Virus record (IMG/VR): IMGVR_UViG_2706796412_000001
Location: 1 to 64,000 of that record
Direction: 5' to 3' (one strand)
Source: Bixzunavirus tonenili
Lineage: Duplodnaviria > Heunggongvirae > Uroviricota > Caudoviricetes
DNA: 64,000 bases
The notes under the pieces: model-generated
Told to the model about the DNA's origin: nothing
Seen by the model: only the letters and a program-made list of their open reading frames with translations
Database searches by the model: none
Made by a program: the position numbers and the translations under genes
Shown: positions 35,958 to 44,609 of the stretch, piece after piece
Layout: each line of letters starts with the position of its first letter
How positions within the stretch are numbered: the stretch's first letter is position 1

Positions 35958-36065
35958 CGTAGTACATCTATGGAGGATGAAGCAGCCGCGTAGTGCGGCG
36001 ACCGGATTCGAAACCCGGGTAGCGCGTCATGGCGCTTGGGGAGCGTGCCCTCCTTCCTCCGCTTG

Positions 36066-36149
36066 GGAGAAGAAACCGTCAAGGCTGACGGGACCGCTTG
36101 GAAAGCGGCTCGTGGGTAACACCATGAGGATCGTGCCCTCTCTTCTCCG
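36066..36149 (+). ncRNA. aberrant tRNA-like cloverleaf (8-bp acceptor, 6-bp D-stem with 4-nt loop, GGA anticodon-like loop, long variable arm, non-canonical T-loop)
   Basis: GGAGAAGA/TCTTCTCC closing stem; hairpins CCGTCA-aggc-TGACGG, CCGCTT-ggaa-AAGCGG, GAGG-atcgtgc-CCTC stacked on acceptor; G discriminator. Confidence 0.3.
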
Positions 36150-36150
36150 C

Positions 36151-36225
36151 GCTCCCGTAGCCCAATTGGCAGGAGGCACCAGATTCAGGATCTGGGCAGT
36201 GTGAGTTCGAATCTCACCGGGAGTA
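36151..36225 (+). tRNA. tRNA with Leu anticodon CAG but class-I architecture (75 nt)
   Basis: acceptor GCTCCCG/CGGGAGT, U8A9, anticodon stem CCAGA/TCTGG loop TTCAGGA, 5-nt variable loop GCAGT, T-arm GTGAG-TTCGAAT-CTCAC, A73. Confidence 0.5.
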
Positions 36226-36345
36226 CGTGTGTGTTCCATGTGGCGGATGTCCCGACTGCGGGCCGGTGTACGCGTGCGAACGTTGCGTCAAGGCAGCGTT
36301 CGACCGGGTGCTGGTCCGCTGGGCCTCTGTCCTGGAACGCCTCGC

Positions 36346-36419
36346 GTCTCTGTAGGCAAACCGGAAAAGCCGCCATCTTGAGGGGGTGGTGCGTGCGGGT
36401 TCGACTCCCGCCAGAGACA
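36346..36419 (+). tRNA. tRNA with Leu anticodon GAG but class-I architecture (74 nt)
   Basis: acceptor GTCTCTG/CAGAGAC, D-stem GGC/GCC with 11-nt loop, anticodon stem CCATC/GGTGG loop TTGAGGG, variable TGCGT, T-arm GCGGG-TTCGACT-CCCGC, A73. Confidence 0.5.
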
Positions 36420-36420
36420 C

Positions 36421-36493
36421 GCCGTGGTAGGCCATCTGGCGAGCCGCCGAATTCAAGTTTCGGTGTTTGCGGGTTCGAATCCCGCCCACGGTA
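36421..36493 (+). tRNA. tRNA with Leu anticodon CAA but class-I architecture (73 nt)
   Basis: acceptor GCCGTGG/CCACGGT, perfect anticodon stem CCGAA/TTCGG loop TTCAAGT, variable TGTTT, T-arm GCGGG-TTCGAAT-CCCGC, A73. Confidence 0.5.
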
Positions 36494-36563
36494 CAACCTG
36501 TAGAAAACCTACCGACCTGTTCTAACCAGTAGGAGCAACACCTTCTATCTGGCAGGAGCAGGG

Positions 36564-39500
36564 ATGAGTGACTTTGGTCTGTTCGAGGCGGCAGCTGACG
36601 CCGAACAGGAGCCGAGCCGTAAGCACCGGATCGCCGCGCGCAAGATGGCCGCAGCGCTGGCCGACGTGCACGCCAAGTTCGGGTCGTTCATGACCAACGC
36701 TGATGGCGTCGACAACTTTGAGGATCGATTCTCGATGAGTCGTCGTGACATCGCCAAGATCATGGTGGCCCACGGGGTGGGCGCCTATCCGGCGGTGATG
36801 CGTGAAGTCCACGGCAGCCTCAAGAGCGCCTGGTACGAGAAGCGCGCCGAGTTCGACGAGGATGCGGGCGACAGCGAGGAATCCAACTTCACCGACGGTG
36901 ACGACTCCGGCTCGGACAAGCCGGGCGACAAGGAGGCCCGCCGTAAGGTCGCTGAAGACCGTGACGCTCCGATTCAGGACATCCAGGAGACCTACGCGCC
37001 GTCGAGCGGCAACTTGATCCCCGAGGGCGACTTCGAGGGCTACCTCGACGACGTCGACCAGGGTGGTCCCGAGGCGGTCAGTGGCCACGACTTCACTCCC
37101 GGCGGCGATTCGGGCGCCGACGCGCCGCGACGCGAAGCTATGCAGCTCGTCGCCGATCTCTACACCGACTGGGCTCAGAGCAATGGTCTTCGTGTCGCGT
37201 CGATGAACACTCTCGACGTCTACGCGGCCAACGGCCTGCATGACGACGACTACTACCTGCTGGCCTCGCTGATCCACAAGGCTGAGTGCGAGTGTGACGA
37301 GGACAAGGACAAGTCCGACAGCGATGACTCGGACGACAAGTCCGATGACAGCGATTCGGGCAGCTCGGACAGCGACTCCGACACCGACACCGACACCGAT
37401 GGCCCCGAAGGTCCGGACACCGACACCGACGGCCCGCCTGCGGGTGCTGCCGAGAAGGGCGGCGAGACCTCCGACGAGGACGGATCCGAAGACGACTCCA
37501 ATCCGTTCGGCGGCGAGGGAGACACCGCCGAGAGCGGCGACGCCGAGGACGAGGCCCCTGAAGAGGGCGGCGAGGACTTCCCGGCAGACCCCAACGGCCT
37601 GGAGGACGCCGGTCCTCAGGACGCGCCCGTCGACGACGGCAGCGCTGGCGGTCAGGAGTTCACCGTCCCCGAGCAGGCCCCCGAGCTGCCACAGGACGAG
37701 ATGAGCCAGCTGCAGGACTCCGGCCCACAGAGCGTGCCGCCGGAGGTTATCGACGACATCCTGGGCCTGCCTCCGGGCACCCTGGAGCAGCTCATCGCCG
37801 AGGAACTCGGTCAGGCTGGCGGCGGCGCTCCGCCGCAAGGGCCGCCTCCGCAGTTGGCCCGCCGACGCCGTCAGGCGGCAGAGGACCCCACCGGGGCCGC
37901 TGAGTCTGCCGACCAGGGTGACGCAGCGGCGGCAGCAGCCCCGGCAGCCGCAGGCGCGGGCAGCGCTGGAGCCATCCCGCCGCCCGGATCGGCCTCGGTC
38001 GCTCCTCCGCCCGCCCCGGCGCCGCTGGAGAACCAGCCTGCCGAGGACGCGCTGCTGGACACCGCCGTGCAGTCGGTCACCCAGATGATCGACCGCGAGA
38101 CTCAGGAGTACCAGCAGATCATCGATCCGCTGACCCAGGCCCTGCAGGCGATCGAGTTCGCCCAGCAGGTTGAGCAGGCCGAGAACCCGCTGGATGTCAC
38201 CCCGCCGGAGGGCACCGTCGACGCCACTCCGGCAGCCGCCCCCGGTGGCGCCAACAGCCTGCAGCAGCAGGCTAGCCACGCGCGGCGCATGATGGCGCGC
38301 ACGGCAGGCATCGCCAAGCAGTTCGGTCTGACCAAGCGGGCCGAGGCCATGATGATCGACGCGATGAGCCGCAAGCACTACGAGCACGTGGCCGAGGCCA
38401 TCCGCATGGTGCCGCCGGAGATGCGCGGTCCGGTGGCCGAGCACATCGGCGCGATGTTCCGCGAGGACAACCCCCGGTTCAACCACGACCTGTGGATGCA
38501 GCACGTCGCCGGACGCACTGCGGGCCGCTGGAACACCCCGCCGGGCGGGACGCCGTGGCTGGATGCCACCCCAGCGAGCCGCCGCCCTTTCGTCGTTAGC
38601 CGGACTGCCGGGGAGACCTGGAAGAACACGCCCACCATGGACGCGTTCGAGTTCCCCGGCCACGGCGAGACGCCGGAGATCTCCGACAACATGAAGATCA
38701 ACGACCTGCCGAAGGCAAAGAGCGCCGCGCTCGACGTCGAGGCCAAGGGCGTGCTCGACATGTTCGACGACTTCACCAAGAAGCGCACCGAGAAGGGTCT
38801 GAACCTGGGCCCTGCGGCCAACGTCGAGACATTCAAGCAGGAGAAGGGCGACAAGGTCGGTCCCAAGGCTCTCGACAAACTGGAGAAGACCATCGAGGCC
38901 AACCGCAAGGCGGCGTCGTTCTTCACCCGCAAGGTGCCGGGCTGGCAATGGAACGACCATCTGGCCGGATACGTGAGCAAGGAGGCCCGCGCCTTCATCT
39001 GCTCGTGCGGCGCCGAGATCGAGACGCCGAGCTACACCATGTGCCACTGCGGCAAGATCTGGAACAGCTACGCGATCGGTGATGGCCACCATCTGGCCAG
39101 CGACTCTGCCGAGCAGTTCATCACCCGTGAGATCCCGGTCCGCAAGGATGTCGTGCTGGCCAACCGCCAGATGCAGGCCTGGACCTCTGACAGTGGCTGG
39201 ACCCCGCCGGACCAGCGCGACGTCGACTGGGTCGAGGACGAGGACCGCGAGGACGCCGACGCCCCGCACGCCCCGGGCAAGACCGCCGGTGCCTTCGGTA
39301 ACGATCACAAATTCCCCGGATGGGTGCAGAGTCTTCATCCCGAAGGACGGCACCCCGACGATATGGATGACAACGAGTACGCGGAGTGGAGTCACGCGTG
39401 GGCCACCGCAGGGGATGACTACCGGAATAAGTACCAGCCGCCTTCGGCGCCCGCACCGGGCAAGACCGCCGGTGCCTTCGACACCTACATGAACGGCCTG

Positions 39501-39851
39501 TCGCAGCTGCCGGAGTTCGACGAGTGGGCCATGGGCAGTGATCATGTCCCGGCGCCGGAATCCACACCTGCTCCTCCAGCACCAGCACCGGCTCCCTCGC
39601 TCAAGGACCGGGTCCGCCAGCATCTGATCGACCGGATGAACCGCACGGGTCCTCCTGGAGGTTTCGCCGGTGGCCGCTCGGCCAAGCTCAAGGACGAGGA
39701 CTACATCGTCAAGTACACCGACGATGAAGATCCGGCGCGTCGGTCCGGCCCAAAGAAGCCTCCGTCCACCACGATCAAGGGTGGAGATCAGAAGTGGCAC
39801 AGCCGCGCCGATGACGGCAAGTTCCAGTCCACCTCGCCGTTCGGGAAGTAG
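36564..39851 (+). CDS. giant acidic low-complexity protein (1095 aa) with poly-Asp/Ser/Thr tracts and C-terminal zinc ribbon
   Basis: uninterrupted ORF after GGAGCAGGG RBS; DSDDSDDKSDDSDSGSSDSDSDTDTDTD tract; Pro/Ala/Gly-rich linkers; CSCGAEIETPSYTMCHCG; antisense ORF 36522-39800 rejected. Confidence 0.6.
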   Translation: MSDFGLFEAAADAEQEPSRKHRIAARKMAAALADVHAKFGSFMTNADGVDNFEDRFSMSRRDIAKIMVAHGVGAYPAVMREVHGSLKSAWYEKRAEFDEDAGDSEESNFTDGDDSGSDKPGDKEARRKVAEDRDAPIQDIQETYAPSSGNLIPEGDFEGYLDDVDQGGPEAVSGHDFTPGGDSGADAPRREAMQLVADLYTDWAQSNGLRVASMNTLDVYAANGLHDDDYYLLASLIHKAECECDEDKDKSDSDDSDDKSDDSDSGSSDSDSDTDTDTDGPEGPDTDTDGPPAGAAEKGGETSDEDGSEDDSNPFGGEGDTAESGDAEDEAPEEGGEDFPADPNGLEDAGPQDAPVDDGSAGGQEFTVPEQAPELPQDEMSQLQDSGPQSVPPEVIDDILGLPPGTLEQLIAEELGQAGGGAPPQGPPPQLARRRRQAAEDPTGAAESADQGDAAAAAAPAAAGAGSAGAIPPPGSASVAPPPAPAPLENQPAEDALLDTAVQSVTQMIDRETQEYQQIIDPLTQALQAIEFAQQVEQAENPLDVTPPEGTVDATPAAAPGGANSLQQQASHARRMMARTAGIAKQFGLTKRAEAMMIDAMSRKHYEHVAEAIRMVPPEMRGPVAEHIGAMFREDNPRFNHDLWMQHVAGRTAGRWNTPPGGTPWLDATPASRRPFVVSRTAGETWKNTPTMDAFEFPGHGETPEISDNMKINDLPKAKSAALDVEAKGVLDMFDDFTKKRTEKGLNLGPAANVETFKQEKGDKVGPKALDKLEKTIEANRKAASFFTRKVPGWQWNDHLAGYVSKEARAFICSCGAEIETPSYTMCHCGKIWNSYAIGDGHHLASDSAEQFITREIPVRKDVVLANRQMQAWTSDSGWTPPDQRDVDWVEDEDREDADAPHAPGKTAGAFGNDHKFPGWVQSLHPEGRHPDDMDDNEYAEWSHAWATAGDDYRNKYQPPSAPAPGKTAGAFDTYMNGLSQLPEFDEWAMGSDHVPAPESTPAPPAPAPAPSLKDRVRQHLIDRMNRTGPPGGFAGGRSAKLKDEDYIVKYTDDEDPARRSGPKKPPSTTIKGGDQKWHSRADDGKFQSTSPFGK

Positions 39852-39862
39852 AGGGCAGTCCC

Positions 39863-40231
39863 GTGAGGGATTTGTGTTTCGGGTGCAAGACGTTCAAGGA
39901 GATCGTCCACACCGAGAGCGGGACGGGTCATCCGTACTGCCAGGAGTGTGCCCTGATGCAGCCGCCGACCTCCGACGAGTGGGCGTTGGTGTTGCTCAAC
40001 GCCCCCTGGTCGCCGTTTTCGGCCCCCTTCCGTCCGGGCGACAGGGTGGAGGCCCGCACGGCGGGTCAGATCTTCGACGGAGTCGGCGAAGTCGTCGACA
40101 TGTCCGTCTCGCTGGAGCACGGGGGAACTCCCGTGTATCCAACGTTCAAAGTGGTTCTCAGCGAAAAGGCACACGACCTGGCTCCTGACGAAGCCTGGTA
40201 CACGGAATGCTGCCTTCAACGAGTGGAGTGA
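39863..40231 (+). CDS. zinc-ribbon protein (122 aa)
   Basis: GTG after GAGGGCAG; CFGCK..x14..CQEC. Confidence 0.4.
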   Translation: MRDLCFGCKTFKEIVHTESGTGHPYCQECALMQPPTSDEWALVLLNAPWSPFSAPFRPGDRVEARTAGQIFDGVGEVVDMSVSLEHGGTPVYPTFKVVLSEKAHDLAPDEAWYTECCLQRVE

Positions 40232-40234
40232 TGC

Positions 40235-42874
40235 ATGAGTAGTCCCATCTACAAGGCCGGGTCCAACTGGTCGGCAGAAGTCAGCCGCCTGCGTAAGGCG
40301 GGCGTGAGCATGCCGAACAGCCCGGCTCTGGCTCGGGCTCAGGCTGCCGCATTCCAGAACACCGTGGACAACAAGCCGCTGATCGACTACTTCCAGGGGC
40401 GCCGTCGCGCCGCTGCGGCCAATCGGGCCCGGCTGGAGAGCTACCGGGGTCGAGGCATGGCTCGCGCGGCCAGCTTCGGTTCCAACATGCAGATCGCCAT
40501 GCCCAAGATCCGCCAGCCGTTGGGCACGCTGGCCGACAAGGGCATCCCGTTCAACGTCGAGGACGAAGAAGAGCTTCGGGTCATCAGACACTGGTGCCGC
40601 CTCTTCTATGCCACCCACGACCTCGTCCCGCTGCTCATCGACATCTACTCGAAGTTCCCGGTCGTGGGCATGGAGTTCGACTCCAAAGACCCACTGATCA
40701 AGACGTTCTACGAGGACCTGTTCTTCGGCGAAGACCTCAACTACCTGGAGTTCCTCCCCGACCAGTTCGGGCGCGAGTACTTCACCGTCGGCGAAGTGAC
40801 CTCGCTGGCGCACTTCAACGAGTCGCTCGGCGTCTGGTCGTCGGAAGAGATCCTCAACCCCGACATGCTGCGGGTGTCCCGGTCTGTTTTCCGCCGCCCC
40901 GAACGCGTCCAGCTCATGGTCAAGGATCTCGTCGACAGTCTGCGTCAAGGCCCGCAGTCGGCGGGCGGCAACATGTCGACCGTCGAGGAGACGCCCTCGG
41001 AACGGCTGCAGCGCATGCGCGAGTTCGAGGATCTGCAGCGCAACTACCCCGAGATCATTCAGGCCGCGATGCAGAACGACGGTCTCGACATTTCTGAGGC
41101 TCTGGTCAGCCGCGTGGTTAACCGGCCCACCCCGTGGGCCACCCGGGGCGCTCCGCACCTGTTGCGGTCGTTCCGAACTCTGATGGCCGAGGAGTCGCTC
41201 AACGCTGCCCAGGACGCCGTGGCCGATCGCCTCTACAGCCCGCTGGTGCTGGCCACCCTCGGTATCGAGGATATGGGCGACGGCGAGCCGTGGATCCCTG
41301 ACGCCTCGGAGCTGGACGAGGTGCGCGACGACATGCAGGCACTGCTGGCCGCCGACTTCCGGCTCATGGTGCACAACTTCGGTCTGAAGGTGGAGAACGT
41401 CTTTGGGCGCGAGAGCGTGCCCAACCTCGATACCGACTACGACCGCATCGAGCGCAAGCTGCTGCAGGCCTGGGGCATCGGTGAGGCCTTGATCTCCGGT
41501 GGCACCGGCGGCGCCTACGCGTCCAGCGCGCTCAACCGTGAGTTCGTCACCCAGATCATGACCGGCTTCCAGAACGCCCTCAAGCGTCACATCCGGCGCC
41601 GGTGCGAGGTGGTCGCCGAAGCCCAGGGCCACTACGACTACGACCTCAAGGGCGGGGTCCGTGTCCCGATCTATCGCGAGATTGTCGATTACGACGAGGA
41701 GACCGGCCAGGAGTACATCCGCAAGGTCCCCAAGCTGCTTATCCCAGAGATCAAATTCTCCACGCTCAACCTGCGTGACGAGGCCCAGGAGCGTGCCTTC
41801 ATCGCCCAGCTCAAGGGCATGGGCGTGCCGGTGTCGGACAAGACTCTGGCGGTCAACATCGACATGAAGTTCGACCAGGAGCTGGAACGTCAGGCCGACG
41901 AGACGGTGCAGAAGCTCATGGCCACCGCACAGGCCATGAAGAAGGTCCAGGACCTGTGCGACGCGCAGAACCTGCCTTACCCGCCGGAGCTGGCCCAGCA
42001 CCTGCAGTCCACCCTGGCCCTGCGTCAGGGCAAGACCCAGACCGAGCTGGGCGAGGCTCAGGCGGTCGCGGGCGAGGCCCAGGCCGAGCTGCAGACCAAG
42101 CAGATCGAGATGCAAGAGGTCATGCTGGACCAGCAGATGTCTGGCGGTGCGATGCCCGGTCAGCCGATGCTGCCACCGGGTGCTGCCGGTCCTCCTCCCG
42201 GCATGCCCGGCGATCCTGCCGCCGCCGAAGGCCCGCCCCCGCCCGCCGGTGGCCCGATGGGCGGTCCTCCGGTGGCCCCGGCGCCCGGCGTCGCCGGGCC
42301 GGGCAACGCTCCGGCGAGCTTCTACGCGGCCAGCCTGCGCACGGCGGACGCCATCAATGGCCCGACCGGCACCGGTCCCTCGGCGGACGGTCCGCTCGGC
42401 CCGACCGGACCCGAGTTGCCTCCCGGCGTGCCCGAGCCGACCGAGGTCCCGCGCAACCGGCAACGTCCGGCGGAGTCCGACGACAACCACCCGGGCGGCA
42501 ACCTCAAGCCCGCCAGCCGTCGCAAGCGGACTCGCAAAGGTGTCGAGGAGCCACGCGGCCTGAGCCGATTCGAGCGCGGACCGTCCAGCTACGGCAAGAG
42601 CAGGACAGCTTCCGAGGAGCATGTGATTGCTCAAATCCGCCGTCGTGAGGCGGTAGCCAACTGGGATTGGTCACAGTTCCGTAACGGTCCAAGAGTTGCT
42701 GATCTGGTTCATGATCCGCGCTTTTACCAGGCCACCAACATGCAGGCGTATCAGTCGCAGTTGCAGGCCGACTGGCCGGAGATCCAGGCCGGTGGCGCAG
42801 AGGACAGTCGCCGGATTCTGGACGATATGCTGAGCCAATTTCACGAGATCTTTGGTGTCGAACCGCAGTGGTGA
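40235..42874 (+). CDS. large virion protein, possible portal (879 aa) with Pro/Gly-rich C-terminal region
   Basis: position at start of head module; size; PPGAAGPPPGMPGDPAAAEGPPPPAGGPMGGPP low-complexity tail; functional call tentative. Confidence 0.5.
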   Translation: MSSPIYKAGSNWSAEVSRLRKAGVSMPNSPALARAQAAAFQNTVDNKPLIDYFQGRRRAAAANRARLESYRGRGMARAASFGSNMQIAMPKIRQPLGTLADKGIPFNVEDEEELRVIRHWCRLFYATHDLVPLLIDIYSKFPVVGMEFDSKDPLIKTFYEDLFFGEDLNYLEFLPDQFGREYFTVGEVTSLAHFNESLGVWSSEEILNPDMLRVSRSVFRRPERVQLMVKDLVDSLRQGPQSAGGNMSTVEETPSERLQRMREFEDLQRNYPEIIQAAMQNDGLDISEALVSRVVNRPTPWATRGAPHLLRSFRTLMAEESLNAAQDAVADRLYSPLVLATLGIEDMGDGEPWIPDASELDEVRDDMQALLAADFRLMVHNFGLKVENVFGRESVPNLDTDYDRIERKLLQAWGIGEALISGGTGGAYASSALNREFVTQIMTGFQNALKRHIRRRCEVVAEAQGHYDYDLKGGVRVPIYREIVDYDEETGQEYIRKVPKLLIPEIKFSTLNLRDEAQERAFIAQLKGMGVPVSDKTLAVNIDMKFDQELERQADETVQKLMATAQAMKKVQDLCDAQNLPYPPELAQHLQSTLALRQGKTQTELGEAQAVAGEAQAELQTKQIEMQEVMLDQQMSGGAMPGQPMLPPGAAGPPPGMPGDPAAAEGPPPPAGGPMGGPPVAPAPGVAGPGNAPASFYAASLRTADAINGPTGTGPSADGPLGPTGPELPPGVPEPTEVPRNRQRPAESDDNHPGGNLKPASRRKRTRKGVEEPRGLSRFERGPSSYGKSRTASEEHVIAQIRRREAVANWDWSQFRNGPRVADLVHDPRFYQATNMQAYQSQLQADWPEIQAGGAEDSRRILDDMLSQFHEIFGVEPQW

Positions 42875-42980
42875 CCACTTTCCTCAGCAATGAAACTTTG
42901 GGGTGACCAGGCCGGGAGAGAGTGCTATTCTCAACCTGTAGTCGAATCAAAGTGATCGACGGTCCGAGGGGTTCAGTTCA

Positions 42981-43340
42981 TTGCACGCAGACGCTGAAGT
43001 CACGTCCGAAATTGAGATAGGTCTCAAGTTGCCGGACGGCACACAGATTTTCCCACCAGAAACCTTTCACGGCAGCTCACTTGCCACCGCAGAGGACCGA
43101 CAGGCCATCCACGCGGCTTTGCTGGTTGCCGCCGCAAACATGGGTTACCCGCCCGACCGCATCCAGGAGGACTACTCCTGGATCCAGCGTGAGAACGAAG
43201 TGGTAACCATCAGAAGACCTGTAGCGATACAGGAGTTGCGGATCGACGATCCGCGCATCCTGTCAGCTTGTCTAGACAGCGTGTCTGTTGTTGACAACGA
43301 GAGTTCTGGACCGCCGGGCGCCGACGGCGATACCGGCTGA
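42981..43340 (+). CDS. hypothetical protein (119 aa)
   Basis: ORF with non-ATG (TTG) start; weak. Confidence 0.3.
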   Translation: MHADAEVTSEIEIGLKLPDGTQIFPPETFHGSSLATAEDRQAIHAALLVAAANMGYPPDRIQEDYSWIQRENEVVTIRRPVAIQELRIDDPRILSACLDSVSVVDNESSGPPGADGDTG

Positions 43341-43410
43341 GACCCTTCCAACAACCGCGCGAGCGGCTCGAATAGGTGTCCAATGTCCATCTATTTGAGA
43401 GGGCGACACC

Positions 43411-43566
43411 ATGCTCGTTCTTGGCATCATCCTTCTGGTTCTGGGCTACCTGCTCGGGATCCACGTTCTGTACGTCATCGGCGGCATTCTGGCAGCTGTC
43501 GGAGCTTTGCTGTTGCTCCTTGGCTCGGTGGGACGTCCGGTCGGTGGCCGACGCTACTGGTACTAG
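43411..43566 (+). CDS. small membrane peptide (51 aa)
   Basis: GAGAGGG RBS; two TM-like segments. Confidence 0.3.
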   Translation: MLVLGIILLVLGYLLGIHVLYVIGGILAAVGALLLLLGSVGRPVGGRRYWY

Positions 43567-43632
43567 CCATCTTTGACTCGGAAAAGTTTTCTGGGTCCTT
43601 CCACCCACTGCAAGTGAAGAAACGGGAGCAAA

Positions 43633-44340
43633 GTGCTCGATATTCAGTTCACCGATGAGATCGTCGTCGAGGTGCTCGACAGCAACTTCTCCGACAGCCG
43701 GGTCTGCGTCGCAGCCCGAACATCGACCGCTGGTGCTGGTGCCGACGACACCGAGCGCTACGGGCTGATCAACGCCCTGATGCGCGACCGTCACGGCACC
43801 CCGTTCGAGCACATGAACGCCACCTTCCGGGTCACCGCCCCGATCTTTGTCTGGCGCGAGCATCACCGTCACAGGTCGGGGTGGAGCTACAACGAGGAGA
43901 GTGGGCGCTACAAGCAGCTCGATCCGGTCTTCTACGTGTGCGGCAAGGACCGCCCGATCGCCAAGGTCGACGGCACCAAGAACATGGACTACGTCCTGCA
44001 GGAAGGTACCCGCGAACAGTACGCGTTGCTGGAAGAGCTGGATGTCGAAGAGTGCACCCTGTTGTACCAAAACTACCTGCGCAAGCTCGACGCCGGGATC
44101 GTGCGCGAAGTCGCGCGCAAAAACCTCCCGCTAAGCATCATGAGCACTTGCATCGTGACTTGCAACGCGCGATCACTGATGCACTTCCTGTCGTTGCGGC
44201 AGCGCCACGACGACGCCAAGTTCCCCAGCAAGCCTCAGTACGAAATCAACCTCGTTGCTGACGGGTACGAGCGGCTGCTGGCCGAAGATGCGCCACTGGT
44301 GCATCGCAGTTATGTCGAAAACGGGCGAGTTGCCCCGTAG
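43633..44340 (+). CDS. thyX: flavin-dependent thymidylate synthase ThyX
   Basis: 235 aa; ThyX signature RHRSGWSYNEESGRY (RHR..S..xS.RY) and N-terminal TPFEH region. Confidence 0.75.
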   Translation: MLDIQFTDEIVVEVLDSNFSDSRVCVAARTSTAGAGADDTERYGLINALMRDRHGTPFEHMNATFRVTAPIFVWREHHRHRSGWSYNEESGRYKQLDPVFYVCGKDRPIAKVDGTKNMDYVLQEGTREQYALLEELDVEECTLLYQNYLRKLDAGIVREVARKNLPLSIMSTCIVTCNARSLMHFLSLRQRHDDAKFPSKPQYEINLVADGYERLLAEDAPLVHRSYVENGRVAP

Positions 44341-44360
44341 CCGCCTTGGAGGACAAAGTC

Positions 44361-44609
44361 ATGCCGATCATCCGTAATATCAGCTATCACACCATCCAGA
44401 CTCATCACGCCGATGAAGCGGAGTCGCTGGCCTTCTACCTCAACGAGCATGGAGTTTGTGCTCAAGCCAAGGGTGACGCCATCGACGTTCCGGTGCCGGA
44501 CCGAGAGACCTTCGACAAAGTCGAGAAGCTCAAGGAGACCTGGGAGATGTTCTGGGAGACCTCGGACTCGGGCTTGTTCGGCCTGCCGATGTACGTCAAG
44601 GAGGGCTGA
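44361..44609 (+). CDS. hypothetical protein (82 aa)
   Basis: ATG after GGAGGA. Confidence 0.4.
   Translation: MPIIRNISYHTIQTHHADEAESLAFYLNEHGVCAQAKGDAIDVPVPDRETFDKVEKLKETWEMFWETSDSGLFGLPMYVKEG

Noticed and set aside
35990-36030. Near-palindromic CCGGATTCGAAACCCGG looked like a tRNA T-arm on either strand
   Set aside because: Neither strand gives G53-C61 with a TTCRA loop plus a matching acceptor stem. Treated as a plain hairpin in the spacer.
35800-36500. tRNA cluster as a prophage integration site (attP/attB) with an adjacent integrase
   Set aside because: No tyrosine or serine recombinase-like ORF nearby, and the tRNAs are multiple and phage-internal between gene modules. Interpreted as a phage tRNA array.
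36522-39800. Very long minus-strand ORFs (36522-39800, 39788-42634, 44462-49162, 49147-51651 and many shorter ones)
   Set aside because: They are exact antisense shadows of strong + strand genes. Their translations are Arg/Gly/Leu/Val-rich with no RBS or operon logic, which is typical of high-GC antisense artefacts.
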